DNA of 63,565 bases, the filler included, from Choristocarpus tenellus KU-1152 (taxonomy: Eukaryota > Protista > Phaeophyceae): the NCBI GenBank assembly GCA_964200185.2. It is 12 parts of 12 records of this genome, joined end to end, with 100 filler letters (N's around TTAATTAATTAA, not from the genome) between each part and the next. Parts side by side here need not be neighbours in the genome. Positions count along the whole stretch, not along the records: positions 46,405 to 56,552 come from CAXNAD020003125.1; positions 56,653 to 60,483 come from CAXNAD020017686.1; positions 60,584 to 63,565 come from CAXNAD020023179.1; 9 more parts are not named here. One strand, 5' to 3'. Below the pieces are notes generated by a model, which worked only from the letters and a program-made list of their open reading frames with translations, ran no database searches and was not told the origin of the DNA. The position numbers and the translations under genes were made by a program. Below are positions 50,703-63,565 of the stretch, piece by piece (the stretch's first letter is position 1; each line of letters begins with the position of its first letter).

Positions 50703-52589
50703 TCACAGATCACTGATGACAAGCCAAACAATCAACATTGATAAAGTAAACCCAAATATACGAGTGGCATCAAACATCACTCCTGTGGGGCGATTAGCTA
50801 GCCTATCTGCCACAGCTGCTCCATTCAAGCGAGACACAAACGTGCTCTGTATGATAATTGTACCAGGACCTGTAAATATCATTAAGAGGAAGGAGACATA
50901 CAGATGCAGTTTGTGCACAAGTGGGGTCAAATCTCTGAACAGATCATTCAAGGGTTTCTATGTTACTATATACACAATAGTGGCGAAAAAGTAGGCAATG
51001 CACTCACCACTAATTTTCACATTGAAACCTTGCGGATACGCAACAGGATGCAGAGGTCCTCGTTGCTCCACAACAAGCTTGCAACTGTCAGAATAGGCCG
51101 CTACACACCCCATTTCAACCAATATGCTTTCATCACGCTGCAGTACCTTCTCCACTGCAGCCCCTCCTGTCAGGACAAGGTCATCAGGCACTGTTGTTCA
51201 AAGGGATATCAATATGTTGACATCTGAATGTCACAAGTATTTCGTGTCGCCTGGTAGATTTGCCCAAAGAGTATGATACATACCGAGTGCATATTGGTCT
51301 TTTTCGTACATGCAACGGAAAACAAGAAATTTGTGTGTGCATTATTTGAGGCCTGCTCGAGAATACATACTACCAGAGCATCCTGAAGGTATACCTTCTA
51401 CCATTACCACTACCTGTCTCACACACCTGATTGGATGAAGCACATCCCACTGCCTGATACCCTTTGCATTGGAACATGACTTGCGGGAGAAATGTCTGTC
51501 GCCAGCTGCAGTTCCTTTGCAGTCATTTGATTGCACGACATGCTGCAGTTGGGGTACCACCGCAGACAGCAAAACAGCAGCACAACATATTATCTGCAAG
51601 AGGTTACTCCTTTAGCATAACTGCTAGTTACTACTCGCTCTCATGCCAAGGTCACAATGAAGCAAAGGAATCCCCTTTGAAAATGGAATCGTAATGTCTA
51701 CTTTTACAAAGACTCAGTAGCACTATACAAGCCAGTAAAATAAATTGTCGGACATTCTTCACATGAGAGCCTTCTTCAACATGGTCATGGACCCAGGATA
51801 CTAGGGTTGATGCCCTCAACTTTGTTCCCTTGTTCGTTGTTGCCAGTAGTATATGTAGATTACTACAGTGCATCATCTCAGGCTCGAAAGGTGTTCGGAT
51901 AGACTGGCTTTGCCATCACCTGCACAGGAGTAGATTTGTCTTCACCAACATCACGCCAGTATGTCGGAGATCAATTGGTACAATCTTCCCAGACAAGGGG
52001 GCTGACAGGCCGATGTAAGCTGCAGATGCACCATCGTTAGTCCATCGTACAATGTTTCCGACCCCACCCCCGGACCTGGGCAGAGGAAATTGTGCCTGGT
52101 GAGGCTCTGTTTCAAAGTTGTGAAGTGCAAAGGCTTTACTGTGAACTGAACATAAAAACAAAATACTCCTACCCGCAAAATTTACAAAACGTGATATCGA
52201 ATAATCCCACTCCTTCCCTGTCGACGTCAACAGAGGAGAGTACACTCACCCTCTCACTGCTCTCCTTAGAATGGCCAGTGGCCCATTCCCACTGTTCACC
52301 GTAACTTGCTTTATTCCTTTGCCACGGTAAATAAATGAGCGTTCGTTTCCCATGATGCTGTCTGCTGGTGATAGGATAGCCTGGAGGACCTGTTGGAGAG
52401 GACAGTCGTCAAAACTTGGTCAACATTGGACACAGATAAGCAATTTTCAAATTTGATAACAAGTTCACCACGAAGAAGGGTGCAAAAAAGAGTGGGGGGT
52501 AGACGTGACAATACCTGATCGCCATCCCCAAACACCAGGAACTTCGCCGATCCTGCTTCACTTGAGATGGGTACTTCCCTTTGAGTCAT
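50703..52589 (-). CDS. AIM24 (TRAP-like) domain protein with a C-terminal TM segment, multi-exon
   Basis: Exons encode FLVFGDGDQ, YIGLSAPLSGKIVPIDL...LLC, TGGAAVEKVL...ILVEMGCVAAY and GPGTIIIQS, collinear with AIM24-family motifs. Confidence 0.8.
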
Positions 52590-53499
52590 GATGCAACGTC
52601 GCAGTTGAGCAGATGAGAAAATCCTATCTCTTCTTTACAGATGCATGGCACGGGAGAAAGCAGTGAGAAGCAATGAGGAGCAGTAGCCTGGTTGGCGGAA
52701 TGGTTGCGTAGGCAATTTTCAAAAGAACATAGAGTTCTCTGGTCTGTATGAGATGGAGAGAGCAGGTATGCCTCGAACGATATCAAATATGATGGCACAA
52801 TTACAATATCATAGCACAATATCATAATGATAATATTATATTGACTTCGTCTACCATGTTGTCAAGTTTATTTTCTAGAATTATGAACGTACCGATTCCT
52901 CATCCAAAAAATCACGATTAACTGATAAGCGATTTTTATTTGCCGATTCTTCGGTTATTCCGTCCACCAAAGGCGTACACGCCTCTACAAGTTCCCCCTT
53001 ATTTTGTCCCAACAACACGCCACAAAAATGTAACATGATTTCGCTTCGTGACACTCTCGTTTTGGAGAATAATGGAAAAATATGGAAAAAAAAGGGAGGA
53101 CTACACAGAACTCATGTCAAATAGACCCCTATCCCAATTGATCATGCACGATTTTAATTATTTTACCGCATGATGAGCTGTGAGATGATTCGGCCTTGGG
53201 TAAGCCTTCATCTAGAGGTGGTACAGACAGCCACAAATCTCCAACACAAAGTGTGGACATTTGATTGTGCCGCCTAGAGAGCTGGACGACAATGAAGCCC
53301 AGAGACTTAACAGATCCCTGCTGGGATTTATTCCAAGTTTACACAAGTGGCAGAAATATCTCAGCGGCAATCTGTCTCATCTGAGTCAAATTCAAGTGGT
53401 GTGATCCATTCTGAATTAAAAGGACCACATCGAAGTCAACAACCAATCTCATATCAGCACCATTTCAGCAATTTCTTCAATTTTCCCTTCGTTATGATA

Positions 53500-54983
53500 A
53501 TGATGCCACCAGTTTATGTCTCTTTCGATAATACTAGATAAAGAGAGGTTACACCAGCATTGCTGTTTGGTCTCTTCACTCGACTTACTATCAAGCACAA
53601 GTGTGGGCACAATGCACATCACCAACCCATCATACATAACGTATGCATCAACATATTATATTGCATACCTAGAGAATACCTTCAATAGAGGCAGCGATAC
53701 TCAATAGGATGATACCCTTCTTGGGACTACAACTTACGAATCTGTGATGATACGATTACCTATAATCCAATACCACTAGTGGATTGCTTTCACATTATTG
53801 GTTAGCTCCAAAGAGTATCATCTGTAGTACACTGGTGGTGTCTGTGTGTCCTAGCACCTATTGCCAATACCCTCCCTTGTTCTAACAACATTGTAGACCA
53901 TGCTATCCACAGCCCTCTTGCATCTTCTACAATTCACGACACTCATGATTGTATGTCCAGAAAGTCTTCATTGACAACGCTGCAGAATACCCACTTAATC
54001 CTTGAAACTTCTTGAGCTAGAGACTCACCTGATTGAGAGTGTGTCTATACCATCATCCTCATCAACTCTTAGAATTCCAGAGTTGCAACCCTAGCAAACA
54101 ATCTTCACATTCAACGATTGGGGGGTGTTGTTCACGATTTCAGTACTGAGGACAGCACGATTTTTGTAGTACCTGTACAACTGTGATCTGGGATGTCAAC
54201 ACCAAGTTGCTGTTGTCTGTTTTCTCTACTCAATCCAGCTAAAAATATGTGGATGAAGACTGCAACGAATAGCAATGGGACATCCAGACTCTTCATGTCT
54301 AATACCAATACACCTACCGCACCTCAAAGCATCCGAAGTCTGTCCTGAACCCCCTCTGTACCTAAAGGTCTAACCTGCTTTCTTGTTCTTAGATCAACTG
54401 CGTTTCAGATGGTCTAGCCAACCACACCCGTAACACCTAACATTTACATTTTTCTCATTCCTTGCAACTAGTGCATGACTTCTTTCAGACCTTGATCGTT
54501 TGCCCCCCCTGGCTTGATTGATGGACTTCATATCACGATCTGACCAAGCTATTAGCCTCCTCTCCTTTGATATTCTTGTCTCGATCAAGAAGGCGCCGCA
54601 TCAGAACAGGAACTGTGGCTTAGCTATAGTAAGTTTGACGATCTCTGTGTGATGATTATAATGCCACCAGAGCATGTTTACTTTGATTATATACAAGGTC
54701 AGAGTGTGCACACCAGCATCAGAGTTTGGTCTCTACACGACTATTATAGACTGATTGCCAAACACAAGTGAACGCAATGCACACCACCCACCATACATGT
54801 ACGTAGGCATCCACACAATCAATTCTATACCTAGAGGATATCTTCAATAGAGATTACTAAATATGGATTAGGATACTACTGGTGGGACTATATAGGAATC
54901 TGTGATCACCTATCTATAATCCAATATAACTATTAGATTTCGATGGGTGGTATCTATGTGTGTCCCAGGACCTACTACCAACA
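53500..54983 (-). mobile_element. Old, internally deleted Copia-like LTR retrotransposon
   Basis: Two diverged ~350-bp direct repeats start TGTTGG (54983) and TATTGG (53869) on the minus strand. A purine tract AAGGGAGG precedes the 3' LTR. A Gag knuckle CYGCGWLDH lies at ~54410-54440. Confidence 0.65.
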
Positions 54984-56454
54984 CACCTCGGTTGTGCCCT
55001 GGGAGAGTACAGACTGGGAAGCTCTTGCAAAGTGCCAGGAGATTGAGAAGGATAACAATAAGCCACCTCGCCTTAACCTTAACCAGAAGTTCATTTTCTA
55101 GCTAACCCATCTGTGCTGCTTCATTGTCATAAACTACCAACCATTGTAGTTGAGTTTTCCTCCTCACACATACTCCATGCGCACCCAAACGTGTACGCAA
55201 CATTTCCATTCAATACCCTATGTATGTTGTCCATGTGAGGAAAGTTTCATGTCCTCGGGTGTACTTTCATTGATCCCATGTGTATGTTAGTGCCTACAGA
55301 TAATCGGACACGGGCAATTCCAGCCTCTTGTCAAACCCCTCAACTCCAAGATCAAGATTCTGTGTTGTCAGGCCATCGTGAAACTTCAGGAAAACATAAG
55401 GGTTGAACTGGAAAAAAATGGCCCTCGTGGTGGAAGACCTCCTCAGTTTGGTACCATGAGAAGGATGTGGTTGAGGGATTGTGGGTGTTCAAGGCTCGAG
55501 AACAGAGCCTACTTTTCACAAGGAACCTGATTACCTCTTCTTGAAAAACCTTGCGTTTTTGCATTTGACAGGGTACGTATAGGCCCTATTAGTCGTGGTA
55601 GGGTCGTGCAAGGCCTCCTTGTTCGGTACAGATATGAGTAAGGTTGATAGTTTGCGACCATTCAAAGCTTGTTTGGAAAGATTTCACCAGAAACCAAATG
55701 GTGAGAGAATATTATCAAATCTTTCGGTCACATCTGTTCAAAAAAGTTACTGTAGTAGTATTAATGTTATGAATTGTAAGTGGTAGTGCGACTAATAGGA
55801 TCTATTACTACTCTTGATACTATCGCCACTTTGTCTGGGACTAGGAACTACCCATAGTAGGAAGTAGGACCCAGTTGATTAGTGATGGTTCTCAAATATT
55901 CTTTGGAGTGATTTGATGTTTGGTATGATATTGGCAAAGAAGTTTATGTCGGTATGATAGGAAATGATCTACAAAAATTGGGGCAAATGACCAGATTTTT
56001 TGGCCCTTCTCCAAACTTTTGACATTTTTTCTTTTGGGGGGGAACTGTCATGCCTAAGAACGTGCCTATGGAATGAATGAGAAACGGGCACCTTTGAGAT
56101 TATTTCTCGTGGGTGTAACTGACGAAAATTGACAACGTGCAGGATACAATAATAGTAGACACACAATCATACATCCCTTATATTCTCCACAATGACCATT
56201 TGACTGGGCAGTGTTCATATAGACAATGCATGCTTGAGAGAGTTGGAAAATTATTCATCACAGAACCCAGGTATAACCACTTCTGTGGGTCAATACTTCT
56301 GCATGTAGGTCTGTTTGTTATCATGGCAGATGATGTTTGGGCAAGTGCATTGGACAATGCGCTTGACTATGCAAGTGAAGGCGACAACCAGGAGGTTGAT
56401 GGTGAAGTTGAAGTATTGCCTGTGAAATTTGCCCCCAACATCAAATTAAGATTG

Positions 56455-56721
56455 GGCTCAAAGTAACTGAGGGGGGGGGGGGGGTCTACATCAGAGTGGC
56501 CATCCGGGCCCTGGCCAGTGAAATTGCACTTATATTATCCCTCCGATGCAAGNNNNNNNNNNNNNNNNNNNNNNNNNNNNNNNNNNNNNNNNNNNNTTAA
56601 TTAATTAANNNNNNNNNNNNNNNNNNNNNNNNNNNNNNNNNNNNNNNNNNNNCACAAATCGCGACATGAAAAAATTGATCCCAAATGGACAGCCACCACC
56701 CCCTCCCAGATACTTCGAGCC
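56455..56721 (+). mobile_element. MITE B left half (56455-56552) and right half (56653-56721) on either side of a linker, probably from different copies
   Basis: GGCTCAAAGTAACTGA plus G-run; C-run plus AGATACTTCGAGCC. Flanks ATTG and AGAA do not match. Confidence 0.8.
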
Positions 56722-58814
56722 AGAACCAAACATACGAAAAGCAATGCAGAAACTGAGGCAGTTACAATTATTTGTGCAAGAGTTAGTCATGTATGGCATG
56801 TGTAGTATATATTGTACAATGTGCAGTCACTCTGACCACAGGTCAATGTATGGTCGCAAGATTTTATAAGACCGTTCGTTGGAAATATCATGATTGTCTA
56901 TATAATATCATCTAACTTTCCTACAAGATGACTATCAATAATACCAAGTGGAAGTATAACATATATTTTTTATTATGCCCTCTGACATTTTGCAGATGTG
57001 TCAGGGGGGAAACNNNNNNNNNNCCTAAAGAAATAAAATATCCTAAACATAACACTATAGAACATTTTGTGGAAATCATCAAAGATTGGGTGCCGAGAAG
57101 GATAGAGCAAGTGAGAGTTACAAAAAAGATTGCTCCATGAACAACCGTGATGGCATTATTGCTACATATCATGGTCTGTATCTCCTGCTTGTGTCCTACC
57201 GTGTCTACAAGTTCTCAATACAGTTTGTTTGGTGTGCATGACAAAATCGTCTTCAACAAAATGTACAAAAAACATGTCTTGGTGATCGTTTTCTTTTTCC
57301 TTGCTGTTTTATTATATTTGTTATCTTCTACAAGAAATAGACCAGGAAAAACCAAGGTGATGAGTGATATGAAAAAATATATCGTATCCCACCAAAAATG
57401 ACAAGTCAACTATAGTAAGGGCAGGAAGGAACATCCGCTCTAACTCTCATTCGACCTTGAAACTATTTCGGTCCTCACAGAAAAAAAATGGGAGCACACA
57501 GGGCACATCTGTGCGCACCCCATCTCCTACACTTCTCAATCTTCTCACTGTACTGTAGTAATAGCCAGCCATGCATCCATAACAATATCATATAATTGTA
57601 CTAGGAAAATTTGCTTATTATAGAGTGCTCTTTCTCACAAATGCATCCAAAGACACCCAAATCGAAGGTCTGTGTTCTGCCTTCGGCAATGAGCTGTATT
57701 CTGCACAGCACCAAATGAGTGAAAAACCAGGAAAATAATTTACAAGACTGATCTTTTCCGGAGTGTTGTCCTCTCCTCGGATACAACACCTCAGTTTTCG
57801 GAGCACGATCAAGCACAAGAGCCCTGTGCTCTCCCCCTTTTAAGTAACAACCCCCAGCCCTCTTCCCCACACACTACCAAGGAAGGCAAAGCGGCAAGGC
57901 CAGCTGTCACACTCAAGACACCACCAGTCAGGACAAAATAAAGAGAGGGCACTGAGGACCAATACACAGGCGTAAATCAGGTTGAGAGTGAAGATTCTTA
58001 CCACACTTTTTGCAGTGTCCAGCTGCTGCATGCACACTATCACACAAATCAGTATCATCTTATGGTTACTGCTCTCTTCTCAAACAAGGACCCCCATGAT
58101 AACCAAAAAGCAATATATAACACAGGCACATAACAGAAACATCAACAAACATACACACATATGGGCACAAAGAAATGTTCGAGGGTAGTTCTCCAAGAGT
58201 ACTTACTGCTTGTAGTATGCACGCACACAAGTCACAAAGGTGCACATGAAACAACAGATTTGGGTGCTTACGCCAGCCAACGTTTGCCCCAGATATCTTT
58301 CTTTACACAGGATATTACACATACGCACTCACACTTGCCCCTTCCCACTTCACATAATTGATCAGGTGGTTTTTGGAAAACCCACACGCATGCGTGAAAC
58401 ATGATGAGTTATTTTTTCATTGAGTGAACCACTAGGCTTCAACTGAATCAGACAACCAACCAAGCAGGACCAAACAACAGAAGAAGAAATAAATTGACAC
58501 ACCAGCAGCCACCCACCAGATGACCTGGTATTATGGATACACAAGGACTCCAAACCACTCACTTCAAGATCTAGGCAACGTTTCTGGCTGCATCCTTTCC
58601 CAACTCGAGATATATCTTTCTCGATTAGCTTGTTTGCCCCATCCTACCCGCCCTTACGCCTATACACACCTAACCCCCTCCACCACCACCGCCCACAGCC
58701 CACCGCCCACCGCCCACAACACCCTATGGAGTGTGGCATGTGGGCGGGGGGAGGGGGATAAGAAAGGCGTAAAGGGCTCTTGAGAGTCATGCAAGGTTTG
58801 AGAAACATCTGAAC

Positions 58815-60164
58815 CGGTCAGAGCAAGCTCCAGATTCAAGCAGTGAGAGGCTGTAGTCCTTCTTGACGAGGTCGTTGAGCTTTTGTCGAACATCTTCATA
58901 AAACCGCTTGAACACAAAGATGTCCAGCTGCAGTGTAGAAGCGCACACAAATAAATGGAGAACGGGAGGGGCAAGAAAGTGTGTCTGTTCATGAGTGTGT
59001 TGAAGGTGGAGAGTACTGGCCAGCGGGGAGAGGGGGGACAGGCATGAGTGATGAACATGGAGGCCACACCACACCAACAGGAAATAGACCAACAAGGATA
59101 AAGTGTACGCCTAATGGAAAACTAGCTACTTATCGAGCTACAGATACCATAACAATCATACTAGTACCTACAGTACCATGTGGAAACACACAAACACACA
59201 CAATGCAAGTATAAGACTACTACTGTGAGCACATTGTGAGGACAAGCCTATGCTGAGGTTGAACAGGCACATTCAAAGCTTGGGTTTGAGCATTGAGAGA
59301 TAAAGGAAATCCTCCCACATGATGATCACATCAGTTTATAAGATGATCAAAGGTGTCAACTGACAAACAGAAGGAAATGTATGGTATTGCTGGATAGAGA
59401 CCTCCAAACTAAGGCGGGTCCAGCACAAAAAGCTGTCATCTCTGAGAGAGGGAAACAAATGGTTACTGAAGTATAAACACAATGCAGATCTCTATAAATT
59501 GTGTTAAATTGTGTTGGAAGGGGAATGAGACGACACCTACTGCAACTGCTTATCCATACAACAAAAATCATACATCTCATATATTTCAAATGTCCCTGCT
59601 CAGCATACCCAGCTTGTTCTGATACTCCATTGGTGGAGCATCACACACCTACAGGAGTAGGTTATTAGAAAAAGCGTGCCTGGAATCCTGGGACACGCCT
59701 TACCTGTCCCCGTAGGAACTCCACCATATACTGTGCAGCACGCTGGCCTCCCCCTAGGAGGTATATTTGCACAGTACATACCAGCACCCCACCACGCATT
59801 ATCTGCAGGGCATCCAAACAAGACAAAATAGCATAGTAGTTTTGTGCGTGGGTGCTCAAACTACCATCTTTTCATGTATCGAGAGGACTAAGTTGCTCTT
59901 ATGGAAAATGGAAAACTTGAAAAAAAAACACTTGTGCACAGCTTGTCAATTCCAACCCAACACTATTCACATCCCCATCAGGCTCCAGTACCCTCAGCCC
60001 AAACCAATGCCCTCATCTTAAGACACAGTGATAACCGACCTCCAGCTTGTACTCATCCTCATGTAACACAGCCTTCTGCTTGATATTGCGATATGGGTAT
60101 GGCAGGGGATGCGCGTTGCTGTTGATAATGGTAGCTATCTTTCGAAGGACGTCTGCTGCGGGCA
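58815..60164 (-). CDS. C-terminal KA1-like domain of a CIPK/SNF1/MARK-type kinase (exons 60164-60040, 59802-59704, 58927-58815; possible last exon ~57790-57618)
   Basis: In-frame splice gives VPAADVLRKIATII...YKLEIMRGGVLVCTVQIY...YMVEFLRGQLDIFVFKRFYEDVRQKLNDLV, a KA1-like pattern. The kinase domain would lie beyond the gap. Confidence 0.65.
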
Positions 60165-61813
60165 CTGTTAGTCGTCAACAAAGAAGACAACACACAAGAC
60201 AACACAACACAGTGTTGGGGTAAATAACATTGCAAGATTAAAACAGAAATGTAGGCAAGCAATCCAAGGGCAATTCAAGGCAAGGTGTGCTCACAGTGCA
60301 GAAGCTTGTGCAGGTCCATGGGTAAGGATTAGGGTTCAGGAATGGGTGTGAAGAGGGCATGATCGCATACAACATCTGGAACGACTTTGATTTGATGGGG
60401 GGGGGGGGTGAAGTATGATTCATGACGGAAATGGGTTGTGTTGTGCGTGTGTCTGGACTAAAAGCAAAACCCTCAATATAGTTNNNNNNNNNNNNNNNNN
60501 NNNNNNNNNNNNNNNNNNNNNNNNNNNTTAATTAATTAANNNNNNNNNNNNNNNNNNNNNNNNNNNNNNNNNNNNNNNNNNNNGAAAACATCCTCCACTA
60601 AGGGGCCATAGTACTTGAGAAGCACCAGGGGGGAAGGCACAGGGCAGGGGGGGGTTGTGTGTTCTTTGGATGGTATGTGTGATTGGGTGAGCTTGCGGAG
60701 GCTACAAAAGGGAAAAGAGAAGGAGAACATCCATCCGTCACAGTACTCAAGCAGCAGCACCTGGAAGAAAGACACAGGGGGGGGCTGTGCCTTCGTAGAA
60801 GGGATGAAATGTGTTTCCGAGAAAAAAATACAAGCTGCAACGTAGGGGGGGACTATCTGTGGCTGCCTGCCCAAAATTGTAGTGTTGTGAACCGAAAGAG
60901 TTTTCGGTTTTAAAATGAAGTCGTCCAGAAAAGTTTAGATCACACGCACTGAGTGCCATACGGTACTTGCTTTTCCGTCGGCTCTCGGCAGAGAAGGGGC
61001 CGAGGGTAGATCCAGGGGGCAGAGTGGCCCCGGTGGCTCTCCTTTCTCACCGTTGTGGTTCACATTGCTGTGTGGGTCACCTATGTGTGAGTTCACAGAA
61101 AGTCTCTAAAAAGGCGTTAAAGAGATTATTATTCTTATCGTTATGACCACACGCACCGTATTTTGGCAGAGTCCTATCACGAACCAAATTTTTGCGGGGA
61201 ATTCAGCCTACCTCTTCCATTTTCGTACCGTTTGAGGTTGCGACCATCAAAATTGCTCCAGAGTTATTCCCCCGTTTTTTTTGCCATTCTTTGATCGGGA
61301 TATAGTTCCCGTTCACTAGAGTTAGTTTATTCCTGCATGCAAATCTTCAACCCCTCTTAGCATAAGCGTTCATTTGATATTTATATTGTTGCATACCTCT
61401 CCTGGCAAGACAGTGAAAAAAAGCAAGATTGCCACAGACCGCGAAGCTATTGGTATCACTTTACCCTGAAAAATCTGAGAGAAACTTTACTTTTTCTACA
61501 AATCAGGAGTTAGAGAACAAATATCGCACTGTACTACTGTTGTACCAGTATTATACTATGCCCACATACTGTTACAGATATGTTAAGAGGAGGCAAAAGA
61601 CAGATAATAAAGGCTTTTAAATGTTCTGACAAAATATTGTTTAGAGGTGGTCTCCAAAAGACTTATACTAAAAACTGTACCTTGGCTGCTTCAGTAGATA
61701 CACTACTGCTGGTGGATGAGTTGATGAGGCGACAAGATACCCGAGCCTCTGCGAAAGGAACATCTACAAGACTATACTATTCAAACTTGTTGTGGCATCG
61801 GAATATTCAGAAA

Positions 61814-61887
61814 GCTTCGGTAGTTCAGTTGGTTAGAGCGTACGACTGAAGCTCGTAAGGCCATGTGTTCGACTCACATTCGAAGCA
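61814..61887 (+). tRNA. tRNA-Phe (GAA)
   Basis: Full cloverleaf: acceptor GCTTCGG/TCGAAGC+A73, D arm GTTC/GAGC, anticodon arm TACGA-CTGAAGC-TCGTA, T arm ATGTG-TTCGACT-CACAT. A TTTT Pol III terminator follows immediately. Confidence 0.93.
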
Positions 61888-63118
61888 TTTTATAGTTTTG
61901 TCTAAGTTCAATTGTGCTTAAGGTGATGGCCACTTGGATGAACTTCACTGGTTGGAAATTCTTTAACACCACATTTGTTTTCACGAAAGCTCACGCAATC
62001 TGGTTTTGATTGTCAAATTCCGCATAATAGCAAGATATATGTTTTTTGTGCGTGTCACATTAGTCTGGGGACAGTCCCTTATGACCTTGTGAGGTGTTGA
62101 GGGAGATGAAAGTGCCCCATAGGCCACGATGTGGCTTCAAGGTCCTACAGACCATTGGCACTGCTATGAACATCTGTAACAAATGCTGTACGGTAATCCG
62201 ACCTATCTTGCTTAGGAGAGGGTTGTTGAGCCAACCAAAAACATCTTGGTGGAAGGTCTTTTGGGAGAGGTGGACGCAGCTACTGCACCATATACAACTG
62301 TTGAACCTTCTCCTGTGGCTCCACACTGCAGTACAAGAAGCAAAAGTGCTCGGCCTTTGCGGCAGCAGCAACAGCGATCACAACGATCACCAAATCACCA
62401 TCAGGATAAGGACAATCCTACCCCCATGTGTGCACCGCATTGAGAGGGTTACATAGGATGAGTTGTATAGATATATTAATACCCTCGAGTTTGTTTTTTG
62501 TCCCTGACACCATTGTTTCTTTTACCTTGGATATCATCATGGAGATCAGTATACAGATCCAAAACGTCTGGGTTGTATCCGCAAGCACAGTCAAGGGCTT
62601 TTTGGCAGGACAGTTGTATTAGCTTGATATTCCAACGCTCAAGGTTGACGTACTTGGGGTTTTGTTAAACGGTTGTGAGTGTCATAAACCCTCCATTAGG
62701 TCCACTATATGAAGCTTCCCTCCCATTACCACAAGTTCCTAAAATGCTGCATCGGATTTCGAAAACGGGAATGCACCAAAAACTACTAATTCTACTGTGG
62801 ATTACGATTTGAAGGCACACTTGTGACAAACCATAAGAGATATGCCTTCATTGAATCATATTTTTTATTGGGAAAAGTTCACGTTAAGCCATGTGTCGTC
62901 ATTTCAATCCTGGCATGCCTTAAAGCGGACTTAAGGTCAAAACAATATATATATATATATATATATTTAGTGTGGTCCACATGTAATTGTGCGAGTTGTA
63001 TTATTCTCTCAGGCATGACATTATGTCCCTGCAATATTTTTTGTGAGCAGTCAAAAGTGTTGGTGCAGAGAATAGAGACAACATATAACAGAACCTATCA
63101 ATCAAGGAACTGTCTAAT

Positions 63119-63557
63119 AACTCAAAGTATCTGGAGGGGGTGGAGTGAAAGTGTCTTAGAGGGTTCGAGTTTTGCCCTGTTTGTCCATTTCGGGCTTGGC
63201 TTCCCTGGGGGGTTTATGACATTTTCCTACTCCGAAATATTTCGGAGTAGGTAAAATGTGTACATTATGAAAAGGTGTCCGGAATAAGGATATTGGCAGT
63301 TCCTAACAAACACAATAGCCAAAATTACATCAAAATCGCAACATTGGATTTTGGCCCCGACATGGACGCGGTTCTACCCTCAAAGATACGTTGGCTCGGT
63401 GGCAGCTGTCCATTTGGGGCCCATTTTTCCATGTCGCGATTTTTTTGTGATTTGGTTGCATGCGTTGGATGAATTTAAGTACACTTTTCTTGGTCAGGGA
63501 CTGAATGGACACCCCGGTGTAGACCCCCCCCCCCAGGGGGCCCAGATACTTTGAGTC
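63119..63557 (-). mobile_element. MITE B (TSD TAAT) containing a complete nested MITE A (63143-63397, TSD GGTG)
   Basis: Both TSDs are perfect. Removing A and one GGTG restores an intact B. Confidence 0.92.
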
Positions 63558-63565
63558 TAATATCT

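Noticed and set aside
56455-56721. A single MITE B spanning the gap
   Set aside because: The halves are separated by the artificial linker and the TSDs do not match.

Overview
Fragmented eukaryotic draft genome, not a prokaryote. Twelve short contigs are joined by eleven 100-nt artificial linkers (N44-TTAATTAATTAA-N44), so adjacency across linkers means nothing. GT-AG introns, TTAGGG tracts and a BcsA-type cellulose synthase suggest a stramenopile alga, possibly a brown alga or relative (inference). Recognisable host genes: a GT2 cellulose synthase exon, a UPF2 exon, an AIM24-domain gene, the KA1-like C-terminus of a CIPK/SNF1-type kinase, an RS/RD-rich exon, a tRNA-Phe(GAA), and several frame-consistent multi-exon orphan genes. 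Much of the rest is TE debris: Copia and Gypsy relics, a DD39D-type mariner pseudogene, an RLE-type non-LTR 3' end and a kinase pseudogene. The most distinctive signal is about 20 copies or fragments of four MITE families (called A-D here) with G-starting termini and 4-bp TSDs, consistent with Sola2-like non-autonomous elements. A, B and C share a bipartite end architecture, and A and B repeatedly insert into each other's ends. No CRISPR or prokaryotic defence system is visible. I found no clear-cut novel enzymatic system. The best candidates for follow-up are the MITE system, the atypical tRNA-Phe and a few orphan proteins. All family calls come from motif recognition by eye; no searches were run.
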